From positions 5,159 to 69,158 of the forward strand of contig JADKBO010000004.1 in the NCBI GenBank assembly GCA_016715105.1: a stretch of 64,000 nt of DNA, in the 5' to 3' direction. Position 1 is the stretch's first letter; every line of letters begins with the position of its first letter. The notes below the pieces were generated by a model that worked only from the letters and a program-made list of their open reading frames with translations, ran no database searches and was not told the DNA's origin. Below are positions 39,027 through 49,463 of the stretch, one piece after another. The stretch comes from Saprospiraceae bacterium (GTDB lineage Bacteria; Bacteroidota; Bacteroidia; Chitinophagales; Saprospiraceae). A program made the translations under genes and the position numbers.

Positions 39027-39527
39027 ATGACTTTTGATCTACATAAAACACTGCAAGCTTGCAAGGCACAAGAGCCCAAAGCACAGCAGGTTTTGTATGA
39101 TCATTATAAAGGCATTTTATTTGGATTGTGTAGAAGGTATCTCACTAATTTTCAAGAAGCAGAAGACGTTTTCGTCACCGGGTTTACAAAAATTTTTTCC
39201 AAGCTAGATACTTATTCAGGAGAGGGTAGTTTTGAAGGTTGGATGAAAAAGATCATGGTCAACGAAGCACTCATGGCGATCAGAAGCAAAAAATTGATCC
39301 ATGTTGATCTCGAGACTGTACAGCCAGCTATGCATATTGAAGAAGACTTGGATGCGGGAATGGATATTGAGATAGTATTGGACGCTATCAAAGAACTGCC
39401 AGATGGCTATCGGACCGTTTTTAATCTCTATGAAGTTGAAGGTTATAAACACAAAGAGATAGCAGAAGAATTAGGAATCAGCATCAACACTTCCAAATCT
39501 CAGCTCATATTAGCCAAAAAAGATTGA
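39027..39527 (+). CDS. ECF-type RNA polymerase sigma-70 factor (C-terminal tail apparently frameshifted)
   Basis: 166 aa with sigma2 (LFGLCRRYLTNFQEAEDVF) and sigma4 (YKHKEIAEELGISINTSKSQL) regions. After the A6 run at 39516-39521, an alternative frame reads RLRDILKKKLETTIYKIAER and ends in an ATGA overlap with the next gene at 39580-39583. Confidence 0.85.
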   Translation: MTFDLHKTLQACKAQEPKAQQVLYDHYKGILFGLCRRYLTNFQEAEDVFVTGFTKIFSKLDTYSGEGSFEGWMKKIMVNEALMAIRSKKLIHVDLETVQPAMHIEEDLDAGMDIEIVLDAIKELPDGYRTVFNLYEVEGYKHKEIAEELGISINTSKSQLILAKKD

Positions 39528-39579
39528 GAGATATTTTAAAAAAAAAGTTGGAGACAACGATTTATAAAATTGCAGAAAG

Positions 39580-39915
39580 ATGAATTTACAAGACAGACTC
39601 CGAAATCATAAAGAATTACCTTCACAAGGTGCGTGGTTAAAAATTCAAAAGAATCTTGAATCGCAAAAAAAAAGTAGACCCAAAGTAAGTTTCTTCACCT
39701 TGAGTATGATGATGAAAATTGCTGCTATTTTTGTGATAGGTTTTATTGGTCTATTCAGTATGAACAATATGTTTAGAGACCACAATGCCGATTTATTTGC
39801 ATCCAATAATAATGCACCTATTAAGTTGGAGGAATTGGGCAATATTACTGAACCATATTTCACCATTGAGCACATTGAAGGCTTGAAAAAAGCTTATACT
39901 TCTATTTCAAAATAA
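39580..39915 (+). CDS. Putative anti-sigma factor (single-pass membrane protein)
   Basis: 111 aa with one TM helix (MMMKIAAIFVIGFIGLFSM). It lies immediately downstream of, and is coupled to, the ECF sigma gene. The call rests on position and topology only. Confidence 0.55.
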   Translation: MNLQDRLRNHKELPSQGAWLKIQKNLESQKKSRPKVSFFTLSMMMKIAAIFVIGFIGLFSMNNMFRDHNADLFASNNNAPIKLEELGNITEPYFTIEHIEGLKKAYTSISK

Positions 39916-39979
39916 GCAACGTTATTGTTCTTTTTTTGATAGATTTGCGATTCAGCTATCTAAAAACTAGTTAAATCGT

Positions 39980-41806
39980 TTGAAGTCAATCACATTTTCC
40001 CTGCTGCTTTTGTTTTTCTCTTATACTAGCTTTGCACAGCTTTGTTCTGGCAATCTGGGGTCCAATATTTTTGATGATGGCAACTTTGGAATTGGCAAAG
40101 AAGCGGTAGTATTCACTGACCCCAATATAGCTCCAGGGTATCGATATGTGACTGGTGTTCCTAACGATGGTCAATATGCACTAGCCCACAATACAACAGA
40201 TTTATCAGGATTATATCCTACTTGGTTGAATATTGGCGACCGTACTGATAAAGATGGCTACATCATGGTAGTAAATGCCTCCTTCCAACCAGGAATATTT
40301 TACGAAAAAGAAATCGTAGGATTATGTCCCAACACCTTATATGAATTTTCTGCAGATGTCATCAATCTCATCAAAAGAGACATCACTATGCATATTTTTC
40401 CCGATGTCGCTTTTTTATTGGATGGAAGTGTAAAGTATACAACTGGTCCTGTATTGCAAACAGAGCAATGGATCAAGGCAGGTTTTTCATTTACAACAGC
40501 CATGAATCAAACTTCGGTGAAATTGACACTGAGAAACAATGCTGCCGGTGGCAATGGCAATGATTTGGCACTCGATAATATATCATTCAGGGCATGTGGT
40601 CCTCGAAGTTTTGTCGCCATACAGGCAGGACAAACCATTTTCAAATGTAAAGACAGCCAACCCTTTAAATTGACAGCTGAGGTAGGTGCTACCAATCAAT
40701 ATGTTATATGGCAGACTTCATTGGATGGTTTTACATGGACCAATGTGACACAAGGCCAAGTTTACGAAATAACACATGACCGATTTACTCCGGGAAGTTA
40801 TTACTACCGGTACCTTACAGCCGGAGATGAGTTCAATATCCAAAATGAAAAATGTAGAGTCATTTCTGATGCCGTATTGGTAGAGGTGGTTAAGGATGTA
40901 TACGAAAAATACGATACCATCTGTTTGGGCAATAAATACAGTTTTGCAACTAATAATTTGGACACTAAAGGAGATTACACCCACACTTTTGTATCCTCTT
41001 TGGGTTGTGACAGTACGGTCAACTTACATTTACACGTCGTCAACGCCAATAATCTTCAAACCAATGCGCTTTTTGATGAACCTAAATGTTTTGGCACAGC
41101 AACTGGGAAAATTATTGACTTACGATCATCAGGTGGCCATCCACCTTATGTTACCAGTGTATTAAATGTACAGGGTAATTCAGAAAGTGATTTGGAAAAA
41201 CTCAAAGAAGGTGTTTATGACATCAACATCAAAGATAGACATGGTTGCTTTTCAAAAGAACAAATCGTATTGACTGATCCACCTTTATTTGAAATCAAAA
41301 GTCTGCCAGACACTGTTGTTGAACTGGGCGAAAGCATCAAATTGAGTGTTTCTACCAATTACAATCCAAAAGATATAAGGTGGGATAGTCCGGATTTTTC
41401 CAGCAAAGAACTTGAACCTATTTATATACCTACCACATCTAATATATTGAATCTCACCGCTTTCAATGCGAATGATTGCCGAGCTGGAGATACCATTTCC
41501 ATCACAGTAAATCGAGATTACCGGATTTATTTTCCTAATATTTTGAGCTTTGCATCCAAGGATGGCAATGATGAGTTTTTCTTCAAATCATTCAATAACA
41601 TCATTCAAACTATTGAGGTTTTTGAGGTGTATGATCGATATGGAAACATCGTAGAAAGGGCTGAATCAGTAAATCCCGATTACATTTGGCAAGGAAAGCT
41701 TTCTTCCAAACCTATTTTGCCTGGAGTTTATCCATTCATTGTCAAGCTTATACTTATTAATGGTGAAATCATCAATAGAAGTGGTACGATAACCATTGTT
41801 GATTAG
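39980..41806 (+). CDS. Secreted protein with a T9SS type-B (gliding-motility-associated) C-terminal sorting domain
   Basis: 608 aa with a signal peptide (LLLLFFSYTSFAQ). The C-terminal ~90 aa match the type-B CTD pattern (YFPNILSFASKDGNDEFFF...VYDRYGNIV...WQGK...PGVYPFIVKL). Confidence 0.85.
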   Translation: MKSITFSLLLLFFSYTSFAQLCSGNLGSNIFDDGNFGIGKEAVVFTDPNIAPGYRYVTGVPNDGQYALAHNTTDLSGLYPTWLNIGDRTDKDGYIMVVNASFQPGIFYEKEIVGLCPNTLYEFSADVINLIKRDITMHIFPDVAFLLDGSVKYTTGPVLQTEQWIKAGFSFTTAMNQTSVKLTLRNNAAGGNGNDLALDNISFRACGPRSFVAIQAGQTIFKCKDSQPFKLTAEVGATNQYVIWQTSLDGFTWTNVTQGQVYEITHDRFTPGSYYYRYLTAGDEFNIQNEKCRVISDAVLVEVVKDVYEKYDTICLGNKYSFATNNLDTKGDYTHTFVSSLGCDSTVNLHLHVVNANNLQTNALFDEPKCFGTATGKIIDLRSSGGHPPYVTSVLNVQGNSESDLEKLKEGVYDINIKDRHGCFSKEQIVLTDPPLFEIKSLPDTVVELGESIKLSVSTNYNPKDIRWDSPDFSSKELEPIYIPTTSNILNLTAFNANDCRAGDTISITVNRDYRIYFPNILSFASKDGNDEFFFKSFNNIIQTIEVFEVYDRYGNIVERAESVNPDYIWQGKLSSKPILPGVYPFIVKLILINGEIINRSGTITIVD

Positions 41807-42912
41807 TCCTTAATTTCTATTCGTTCAAATCGTTTGAGAAAGTCGGGATCATAATCTGCTCCGTGTCCAGGAGTATCGCCTACAGTCACTTCCCATTTTT
41901 CGTTGTATGTCAATCCACCAATGACAGGATCTTCAGACAACATCAGTGGAGAATCCAAATCATGGTAGATTATATTGTTCCACACATAATCAAAATGAAC
42001 CAAGGCAGAAATACCAAGTCGTGATTCAGAAAAAGATCCTACCTGACAATACATATCTGCAGCTTCTGCAATACTGGCTATTTTCATGGCATTGGCTATG
42101 CCTCCAGATTTACCCAATTTGATGTTGATCAGATCAGCAGCTTGATTTCTGATGATTCTCAACGCATCTACGTGATTGAAGACTGCCTCATCTGCCATAA
42201 TTGGAATCGGACTCAGTTGTGTCAATCTGGTTTGGTCGTTGATGTTTGGAGCATGAATGGGTTCTTCACAATGTTCAATATCTAGAGATTCCATGGCTAA
42301 TAAAGCTTTTTTAGCATCATAGTAGTTCCAACCTTGGTTTGCATCAATTCTCAGGATGATGTCGTTCCCAACAGCCTTTCTGATGGCATACATTCGATCA
42401 ATGTCATTTTGAGCTCCCTTCTCGCCCAACTTTATCTTTAATATGGTAAACCCTTGATCCACAAACTTTTCTGCTTTTGCTACCATTTTATCAATAGGCA
42501 ACAAACTGACCGTGTTATCGGTCATGATTGTTTTGTTTTTTGATCCACCCAAAAACTTGTAAAGTGGTTTTTCTGCTTTTTTAGCATTGAGATCGTATAA
42601 AGCCATGTCAAAAGCACATTTGACAGATGCATTTCCTACAATCATTTTATTCATGAGGGCAATGTGATCATGAATGGTTTCTGGGTCCAAACCTATCAAG
42701 GCGGCAGCTAAATCTTTGGCAAAGGCTACCGTTCCTGCCTGAGTTTCACCATGAATGGATCGATATGGACAACACTCGCCAATTCCATAAACGCCATCAT
42801 GGTCATAGATTTTTATGATGGTCAATGTTGCATGACTGATTGCTCCTTTTGATATGACAAATGGGTCACTCAATTGGATTCGTGCAGGATAAATCTCTAT
42901 TTTATCAATCAT
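41803..42912 (-). CDS. Dipeptide epimerase (L-Ala-D/L-Glu epimerase-like, enolase superfamily)
   Basis: 369 aa with muconate-lactonizing/mandelate-racemase-type motifs (LKIKLG, LRIDANQGW, IEHCEEP, IMADEA, INIKLGKSGG). Confidence 0.85.
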   Translation of the reverse strand: MIDKIEIYPARIQLSDPFVISKGAISHATLTIIKIYDHDGVYGIGECCPYRSIHGETQAGTVAFAKDLAAALIGLDPETIHDHIALMNKMIVGNASVKCAFDMALYDLNAKKAEKPLYKFLGGSKNKTIMTDNTVSLLPIDKMVAKAEKFVDQGFTILKIKLGEKGAQNDIDRMYAIRKAVGNDIILRIDANQGWNYYDAKKALLAMESLDIEHCEEPIHAPNINDQTRLTQLSPIPIMADEAVFNHVDALRIIRNQAADLINIKLGKSGGIANAMKIASIAEAADMYCQVGSFSESRLGISALVHFDYVWNNIIYHDLDSPLMLSEDPVIGGLTYNEKWEVTVGDTPGHGADYDPDFLKRFERIEIKD

Positions 42913-42942
42913 AATCTATCTATTTGGTATTCAGTTGTTTAA

Positions 42943-43404
42943 TTAAGCTAATTTAATGAGACTTGTCATATCCATCGATGCGTCAAAAGTTGCTTCATAA
43001 ACAAAAGGTGTTTTGGATAAAACCGCTTTATAAATGGGCAAATCAGTTGGTGGAATATCTAAATGCTCTAGTTGAAAGGCAGACACCCACACCAACTCTC
43101 CTTCATCACAATAAGGTGGATCTACTTTTGGTATTTCATGGGCAAAGATAAAACTTATCCAATTGTAATGATCCAATGGTGAAGATTCAATAAGGCTTCC
43201 GCAGAAGATTGGAGCATCAATGACAAAGCCAGTTTCTTCCAAAACTTCTCTCACAACAGCACTTTGAGCAGTTTCGTAGGGTTCTATTTTACCCCCAACT
43301 GGCAAGTATTTCCCGATGTGAGGAGCTTTGTTTCGTTTCAAAAGCAAAAGATGGTCACCATTTGTCAAAATACAAGAGACAGCTGCCCTTTTTAGTCCAT
43401 TCAT
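42943..43404 (-). CDS. NUDIX hydrolase
   Basis: 153 aa with the Nudix box GGKIEPYETAQSAVVREVLEETG. Confidence 0.85.
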   Translation of the reverse strand: MNGLKRAAVSCILTNGDHLLLLKRNKAPHIGKYLPVGGKIEPYETAQSAVVREVLEETGFVIDAPIFCGSLIESSPLDHYNWISFIFAHEIPKVDPPYCDEGELVWVSAFQLEHLDIPPTDLPIYKAVLSKTPFVYEATFDASMDMTSLIKLA

Positions 43405-43410
43405 CCGATG

Positions 43411-43851
43411 TTATTGACCAGCAGATTTGTAATTATCGTATCCTCCAACCAAATTACTTACTTTTTTTATTCCTGCTGATTGCATGATGGTTTTGGCTTT
43501 GGCACTTCTACCACCTACTTTGCAATAAACTACATATTCTTTTTCTTTATCCAAGGCTTTTATTTTCTCAGTAAATGCAGGATCTGTGATATTGAATTCT
43601 AGTGCATTTTCAATTTTACCACCAGCTATTTCTTGAGGAGTTCTTACGTCAATGACAACCAATTCTTTGTTGCTAGCCATCATTGCTTTCAATTCAGCGG
43701 GGCTCACACTTTCCTTGAAAGCAGGTGTTTGTGTTTCAGGACTTGTAGCTACCTCGGCCACGGGAGCGACAACAGATTGGTCACTTTTTTGCGCGCAACT
43801 TGTCATTGATATAGACAGCGCTATAAGTACGAATATTGAAATTCTTTTCAT
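43411..43851 (-). CDS. Rhodanese-domain lipoprotein
   Basis: 146 aa with signal peptide plus lipobox (SISMTSC) and the rhodanese active-site loop (YCKVGGRS). Confidence 0.85.
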   Translation of the reverse strand: MKRISIFVLIALSISMTSCAQKSDQSVVAPVAEVATSPETQTPAFKESVSPAELKAMMASNKELVVIDVRTPQEIAGGKIENALEFNITDPAFTEKIKALDKEKEYVVYCKVGGRSAKAKTIMQSAGIKKVSNLVGGYDNYKSAGQ

Positions 43852-43862
43852 GTTGAATTTAT

Positions 43863-45338
43863 TTAATATGAATTAGCAAGATGTAAAAATTGATTCTTTT
43901 GATTGATTTTCCAAGTAACGTCTTTCTTTTTTGCAACGGCAATTCTGTTTATCATTTCATCCACTATTTCTAAAGTAGCATTTTTATTGATGAAAAGACA
44001 ACGAGTCCGCCTCGCTAAAAGATCCTCAACCGATTCAACTAATTCATTTTCAATGGCATAGTCAAAGAAAGCTGAAGTGTAAGGAAGCAAATCATGAAAG
44101 GGTTTTCCAATGTTTTTATTCGCCGGTGGTATAATGGTAAGGTTTTCAGAATTTGATTTTTTGACGTTCCATTGTAAGTCTTTGATCAGAAAGTCGATGG
44201 TATCTTGCCCCATTTTTCTGAATGTTGTCCATTTTCCGCCCAACAAGCTGTAAAAACCACTTTTACTTTTGACAATTTTGTGTTTCCTTGAAATATCCTT
44301 GGAACTTTCATGACCGTCTAAAGCAGCAACCAAAGGTCTTAAGCCAGAATATTTTGATATGATGTCTTGCTCTGTTGGCGCCTTCTCAAAATAGGCAGCT
44401 GCATTTTGGAGCATAAAGGTGATTTCTTCTTGTGTTACAATCGGGTCAAAACTTTTATCTTTTGTGGCAATGTCTGTGGTGCCAATGATGCTTACTCCAT
44501 GCCAGGGGATGATAAATAACACCCGCCCATCGCTCGTTTTTGGAATCATGATCGCTACATCTGAGGACAAAAAGCTTTTGTTGATGATGAGATGAGAGCC
44601 TTTTGCAGGGGTAATGGAGAAATTTTTCTCAATGCCAGATTTATCAATGATGTCATCTGCGTGAACACCGGCTGCATTTACGATACTTTTGGTTTGAATG
44701 CTGTAATCTTGGCCAGATAAATGATCGGTCAAATGTATCAATGAATTTCCAGATTCTTGCAAAGTGTAACCTTCAAAGGAAGTATAATTGAGGCAAAACC
44801 CACCAGCTTCGATAATGGTATGGACCAAGTCTATACAAAGCCTGGAGTCATCAAATTGTCCATCAAAGTAAGAAACCCCACCTTTCAATCCTTCCTTTTT
44901 AAGATTGGGTAGGAGAGCCAAGGTTTCTTTTTTACTCAACATCTTACTATCTCCCAATGTGGATTTAAAAGAAAGTAGATCGTAAAACTTCAAACCCATG
45001 AGGTAGTAATAACCCTGCCAACGGTCATAAAATGGGATAATGAATTGTTGTGTTCTCGCTAAGTGAGGTGCATTTTTCAAAATTGTTTTCCGTTCGTGCA
45101 AAGCTTCAATGACCAAACCGATATCACCTTGAGCAAGATACCTTACACCTCCGTGTAATAATTTGGTAGCTTTGGATGATGTACCCTTTCCGAAGTCATA
45201 TTTTTCTACCAAAAGTACAGAAAGACCCCTTGAAACTGCATCGAGCGCAGTGCCCAAACCGCTTGCACCTCCTCCAATCACGACAATATCAAAGATATCC
45301 TGCTTTTTTACCTCGTGAATGATGGATTGTCTTTCCAT
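43863..45338 (-). CDS. glpD: FAD-dependent glycerol-3-phosphate dehydrogenase
   Basis: 491 aa with an N-terminal FAD fold (VVIGGGASGLGTALDAVSRGLSVLLVEK, GTSSKATKLLHGGVRYL). It lies downstream of glpK. Confidence 0.9.
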   Translation of the reverse strand: MERQSIIHEVKKQDIFDIVVIGGGASGLGTALDAVSRGLSVLLVEKYDFGKGTSSKATKLLHGGVRYLAQGDIGLVIEALHERKTILKNAPHLARTQQFIIPFYDRWQGYYYLMGLKFYDLLSFKSTLGDSKMLSKKETLALLPNLKKEGLKGGVSYFDGQFDDSRLCIDLVHTIIEAGGFCLNYTSFEGYTLQESGNSLIHLTDHLSGQDYSIQTKSIVNAAGVHADDIIDKSGIEKNFSITPAKGSHLIINKSFLSSDVAIMIPKTSDGRVLFIIPWHGVSIIGTTDIATKDKSFDPIVTQEEITFMLQNAAAYFEKAPTEQDIISKYSGLRPLVAALDGHESSKDISRKHKIVKSKSGFYSLLGGKWTTFRKMGQDTIDFLIKDLQWNVKKSNSENLTIIPPANKNIGKPFHDLLPYTSAFFDYAIENELVESVEDLLARRTRCLFINKNATLEIVDEMINRIAVAKKKDVTWKINQKNQFLHLANSY

Positions 45339-45369
45339 AAATTATCCTCTCCTTTTAAGTTTATTGTAA

Positions 45370-46872
45370 TCAATCAAGTTGATCAATCCAGTTTTTTGAC
45401 CGCTCAACGGCCTTTTTCCACTGTATCTTCAACGTATCATATTCTTGAATGTTTACAGGGAAAACAGATTGTTCAGTTTGCCACAAGCGCGTAATTTCAT
45501 CCAAGTCCTTCCAAAAATTACAAAATAATCCAGCAAGAAGTGCTGCACCCAAGGCGGTTGATTCAAGAATTTTTGGCACTACAATTTCTTTATTGGAAAT
45601 ACCTGCTTGCATTTTGAGTAACAATTTATTCTGAATAGCACCTCCATCTACCTTTATGGAAGGAATTGGTACCTGTAGATCTTGTTCCATTGCCGTGATC
45701 AAATCATTGACTTGCAAGGCTATAGACTCTAGGGCAGCTCTGATGATGTGAGCATCGGTAGTATCTCTGGTAATGCCTATGATCATGCCACGTGCGTATT
45801 GATCCCAATGCGGCGCTCCAAGTCCAGTTAAGGCCGGCACAAATACTACACCATTACTGTCTTTGACGCTGGCCGCCTTCATTTCTGAGGCTGCAGAATC
45901 ATCAATTATTTTCAATCCATCTCTCAACCAACTGATGACTGCTCCGCCAACAAAAACACTTCCTTCCATGGCATAAACTGCTGGTTCACCAGTCAACTGC
46001 CAACCAATGGTGGAAAGTAATTGGTTGTTGGACCTCACAACTTGGTTACCCGTATTGGTCATCATGAAACATCCTGTACCGTAGGTCACCTTTGTAGCTC
46101 CTTGGCCCAAGCAATTTTGACCAAATAATGCGGCTTGTTGGTCACCTGCAACTCCATAAATGGGTATTTCATCATCACCAATGGATGCAAATCCATAATT
46201 GGCATTGCTTGGTAAAACATCTGGCAGTATTTGGGCAGGAATATCAAAATAATCCAAAAGTTCCTGGTCCCAGACCAATTGATGAATATTGAATAACATT
46301 GTGCGAGAAGCATTGGTCACATCTGTATAATGACACCTGCCTTTTGTAAGTTTATAAATGAGCCAACTATCTACCGTTCCAAATTTTACTTTCCCTTTAT
46401 TGGCTTTTTCCCTTAAACCTGGCACATGATCGAGCAACCACTTGAGTTTGGAAGCAGAGAAGTAAGCATCCACAATCAGCCCTGTTTTGTTGGCAATTTT
46501 ATCTGCGAATGACGTAGCTTTAATTTTACTACATTCATCTGCAGTTCTTCGATCTTGCCAAACAATTGCATGATGCACTGGTTCACCGGTTTCTGTGTCC
46601 CAAACTATGGTGGTTTCCCGCTGATTGGTAATGCCAATGGCCGCTATCTCTTGAATGTCAATTTTGCTTTTTGAAATGCAATCGTCAATGACTTGTCGTT
46701 GAGTATCCCATATTTCCATGGCATTGTGTTCAACCCAGCCTTCATTAGGGTAGTATTGTTTGAACTCTTTCTGGGCAACTCCTACAATATTGGTATCGTG
46801 GTCAAAGAGTAATGCGCGCGAACTGGAAGTACCTTGATCTATGGAAAGTATATATTTTTTTTGAATGGCCAT
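45370..46872 (-). CDS. glpK: Glycerol kinase
   Basis: FGGY-family motifs (LSIDQGTSSSRALLF, GITNQRETTIVWD, YGTGCFMM). The ATG giving MAIQKKYIL is preferred over the upstream start at 46896. Confidence 0.95.
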   Translation of the reverse strand: MAIQKKYILSIDQGTSSSRALLFDHDTNIVGVAQKEFKQYYPNEGWVEHNAMEIWDTQRQVIDDCISKSKIDIQEIAAIGITNQRETTIVWDTETGEPVHHAIVWQDRRTADECSKIKATSFADKIANKTGLIVDAYFSASKLKWLLDHVPGLREKANKGKVKFGTVDSWLIYKLTKGRCHYTDVTNASRTMLFNIHQLVWDQELLDYFDIPAQILPDVLPSNANYGFASIGDDEIPIYGVAGDQQAALFGQNCLGQGATKVTYGTGCFMMTNTGNQVVRSNNQLLSTIGWQLTGEPAVYAMEGSVFVGGAVISWLRDGLKIIDDSAASEMKAASVKDSNGVVFVPALTGLGAPHWDQYARGMIIGITRDTTDAHIIRAALESIALQVNDLITAMEQDLQVPIPSIKVDGGAIQNKLLLKMQAGISNKEIVVPKILESTALGAALLAGLFCNFWKDLDEITRLWQTEQSVFPVNIQEYDTLKIQWKKAVERSKNWIDQLD

Positions 46873-47062
46873 AAAGCATTGAATTTGTGACACCAATATA
46901 ATGCAGATAATGGAGAAATTAAACCAGCATGACCTAGAACATCAAAAGATATTTCTAAGTGATGTTTATAGACCAATTTTTTTAAGTTTTGAATTCAAGT
47001 TCACATATTAAAAGAATATTGTATTTATTTTTAGCTTTGTGCGAAGACAATAGTGGTAAAAC

Positions 47063-47926
47063 ATGAAATTTAGAGGGTCTACCAAAAAAGCATCGATAAA
47101 TTACGCTGTATTTTCAAGCACGATAGTACTCATTCTGGTGGGACTATTCCTACTACTATTCTTGCATATCAATTCCATAACCAATATTCTCAAAGAGCGA
47201 ATCAATATTCTAGTAGAGTTAAACAGTAGTGTTGACAAAGCAACAGCCATAGGTTTGGTGAAAACCATTGCCAAATATGAAAGTGTGTTGCCTGAGTCAG
47301 TGGTTTATATACCCAAAGATGAGGCCTATAAAGTGATGGATCAATCCATGAGAGGAGATACATCTGGAATAGGTAACCCATTTAAAGACATGATTGTCTA
47401 CAATATAAAGTCAACACATTATTCTGAAGAAACACTCAAATCTGTAGCTGATAAAATAGCCACTTTGGCTGGAGTAAAGGAAGTATTTTATGAAAACGTA
47501 CTCATTGATAATATCAAAGCCAATCTCAAAAAAATATCTTTTGGTATCTTCATTGTGTCTATCATTTTTGTGGTTTTGGCCATCATCATTATTTATAATA
47601 CGGTGAATCTGAGTTTATATGCTGATAGATTTGAAATCAAAACGATGGAAATCATCGGAGCGAGAGATGGTTTTATCAGGCAACCTTACATAAAGTTGGC
47701 GGGCAATATTGCGATCAGGTCCTTTTTATTGGCAGCAACCGTTATTTTTTCCATCTTACTTGCAGCATGGCAATATTTAGATGGAATGAAAGATGTTATA
47801 AACTGGTTTACTGTAGGTTCGGTGTTTTTAGTATTGTTCTTCTTTGCCTTGATCATCACCGTATCATCTACGATCAGGATTGTAAACAAGTATTTGTTTA
47901 AGGAGATGGGCCAGCTTTATGAATAA
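47063..47926 (+). CDS. ftsX: FtsX-like cell-division/ABC permease protein
   Basis: 287 aa with one N-terminal TM helix, a periplasmic domain and three C-terminal TM helices (FtsX topology). A TAGCTTTG -7-like box lies at 47032-47039. Confidence 0.8.
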   Translation: MKFRGSTKKASINYAVFSSTIVLILVGLFLLLFLHINSITNILKERINILVELNSSVDKATAIGLVKTIAKYESVLPESVVYIPKDEAYKVMDQSMRGDTSGIGNPFKDMIVYNIKSTHYSEETLKSVADKIATLAGVKEVFYENVLIDNIKANLKKISFGIFIVSIIFVVLAIIIIYNTVNLSLYADRFEIKTMEIIGARDGFIRQPYIKLAGNIAIRSFLLAATVIFSILLAAWQYLDGMKDVINWFTVGSVFLVLFFFALIITVSSTIRIVNKYLFKEMGQLYE

Positions 47927-47947
47927 AGTCAGCTAAGGTCTTGACTC

Positions 47948-48529
47948 TTACTTATCCAAAAAAGCCAATAATTCTCTGTACAAACGCTGTACTGGCAGGC
48001 CCATAATATTGGAATAACTTCCTTCAATTTGTTTGACGCCAACAAAACCGATCCAGTCCTGAATGCCATAACTACCTGCTTTATCATATGGTAAACAATC
48101 ATCAACATATTGCTCAATGAGAGATTGAGACAGTTCATCAAAAAGTACTCTGCTTGTTTCTGTGAATACTTCCACAACATTGTTTTTTGAAATGGCCATA
48201 CCAGTCTGTACAAAATGCCATTTGCCACTAAGTTTTTGCAACATTTGACAAGCATGCGCTCTGTCTTCTGGTTTATTCAGAATTTCATCGTCCACAATTA
48301 CAACGCTGTCTGCAGTAATGAGGACTTGATTTGGAGATAAATAGGGGAGAATGGCTTTGGCTTTTTTCTCAGCTAAGAAAGCCGCCACCTTAAACACATC
48401 TTGTTCTTCTTCAAAAGATTCGTCGACATCCAGAGTGAAAATGGTGAATTCAGGAACTATCATAGAAAGCAATTCCTTCCTTCTAGGTGATTTTGACCCT
48501 AATACAATATCAGCAGTAGGATTAACCAT
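47948..48529 (-). CDS. maf: Maf-family nucleoside triphosphate pyrophosphatase
   Basis: Maf motifs (IVLGSKSPRRKELL, ADSVVIVDDEILNKP, GSYGIQD). The start is placed at MVNPTAD (48529) to avoid overlapping the upstream gene. The ORF is open up to 48559. Confidence 0.85.
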   Translation of the reverse strand: MVNPTADIVLGSKSPRRKELLSMIVPEFTIFTLDVDESFEEEQDVFKVAAFLAEKKAKAILPYLSPNQVLITADSVVIVDDEILNKPEDRAHACQMLQKLSGKWHFVQTGMAISKNNVVEVFTETSRVLFDELSQSLIEQYVDDCLPYDKAGSYGIQDWIGFVGVKQIEGSYSNIMGLPVQRLYRELLAFLDK

Positions 48530-49463
48530 TGATGACATTTTGGATGAATATGAAGGCATAAATCAAACCAGACAATAAAACCATTTTATAAAATCTGCTG
48601 ATGGCTCCATACTGCCTTTTATTTTCAGCTTTGTATAGTTTGAAAATAGATAAACCTATGGGGGCCATCACAAAAAGGACGAAGTAAATATTTGCCCTGA
48701 AATCACTGACATCAAGATTTTTTCTCAACCAAGCCATCAAGACAAGTAACATGATCAAAATAACTCCGGTTGTCAGTTTTTTGGTTTTTGGAATGCCATA
48801 TAAAACTGGAAAAGTTTTACTGCCTACTAATTTATCGCCTTCTTCATCTTCAATGTCTTTCACAAGTTCTCTGATGAAGTTTCCAAAGAATGAAAATATG
48901 CCAAATCCTATCAATATGGTACGAGCATTTTGAATGGCACCCTCGTTGTTTGATAAAAGTTGTGGCTCGCAAAGCAAAAGCACCCATACTACAAATCCAG
49001 TAAAAATTGCCACAAAGAAATTCCCAATGACTGGATAATGTTTGAATATTTTACTGTACCAATACAGCAACATGGTCACCAAAGGATAAATGAAGACGAG
49101 TTCTAATTTTTGTATGGAAAGGCCAATAAAAGTTGCCAAGACAAAACCAAAAATGGAAATGATTCCATAAAATATCCAAGCTTTTGGAAGAGGAATGCTT
49201 TTATTGATGAATGTTTTTTGAGGTTTATTGACATTATCGGTTTGCAGGTCCAAAATGTCATTGATCAAGTTTCCTGCAGCTACAATGCACAGTGTACAAA
49301 GAATAAACATTGGAAATAAAATTCCAGTCAATTGTGGTTGGATACCTGCTTTTGCTAGACTAGGCAAGATCAAAAAATAGTAAAAAAATAGGTGGGTAAG
49401 AGCAACAATGCCCAAATTTATTGGTCTTAATATTTTTAGATAAGACATCATAGCTTTATACAA
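48522..49463 (-). CDS. UbiA-family prenyltransferase (geranylgeranylglycerol-phosphate transferase-like)
   Basis: 313 aa and about 8 TM helices, with the Asp-rich motif NDILDLQTDNVNKP and a second motif (KDIEDEEGDK). Confidence 0.8.
   Translation of the reverse strand: MYKAMMSYLKILRPINLGIVALTHLFFYYFLILPSLAKAGIQPQLTGILFPMFILCTLCIVAAGNLINDILDLQTDNVNKPQKTFINKSIPLPKAWIFYGIISIFGFVLATFIGLSIQKLELVFIYPLVTMLLYWYSKIFKHYPVIGNFFVAIFTGFVVWVLLLCEPQLLSNNEGAIQNARTILIGFGIFSFFGNFIRELVKDIEDEEGDKLVGSKTFPVLYGIPKTKKLTTGVILIMLLVLMAWLRKNLDVSDFRANIYFVLFVMAPIGLSIFKLYKAENKRQYGAISRFYKMVLLSGLIYAFIFIQNVING

Noticed and set aside
47929-48255. 108-aa minus-strand ORF in an alternative frame within maf
   Set aside because: It overlaps the Maf CDS, which has clear family motifs. 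The alternative frame has none.
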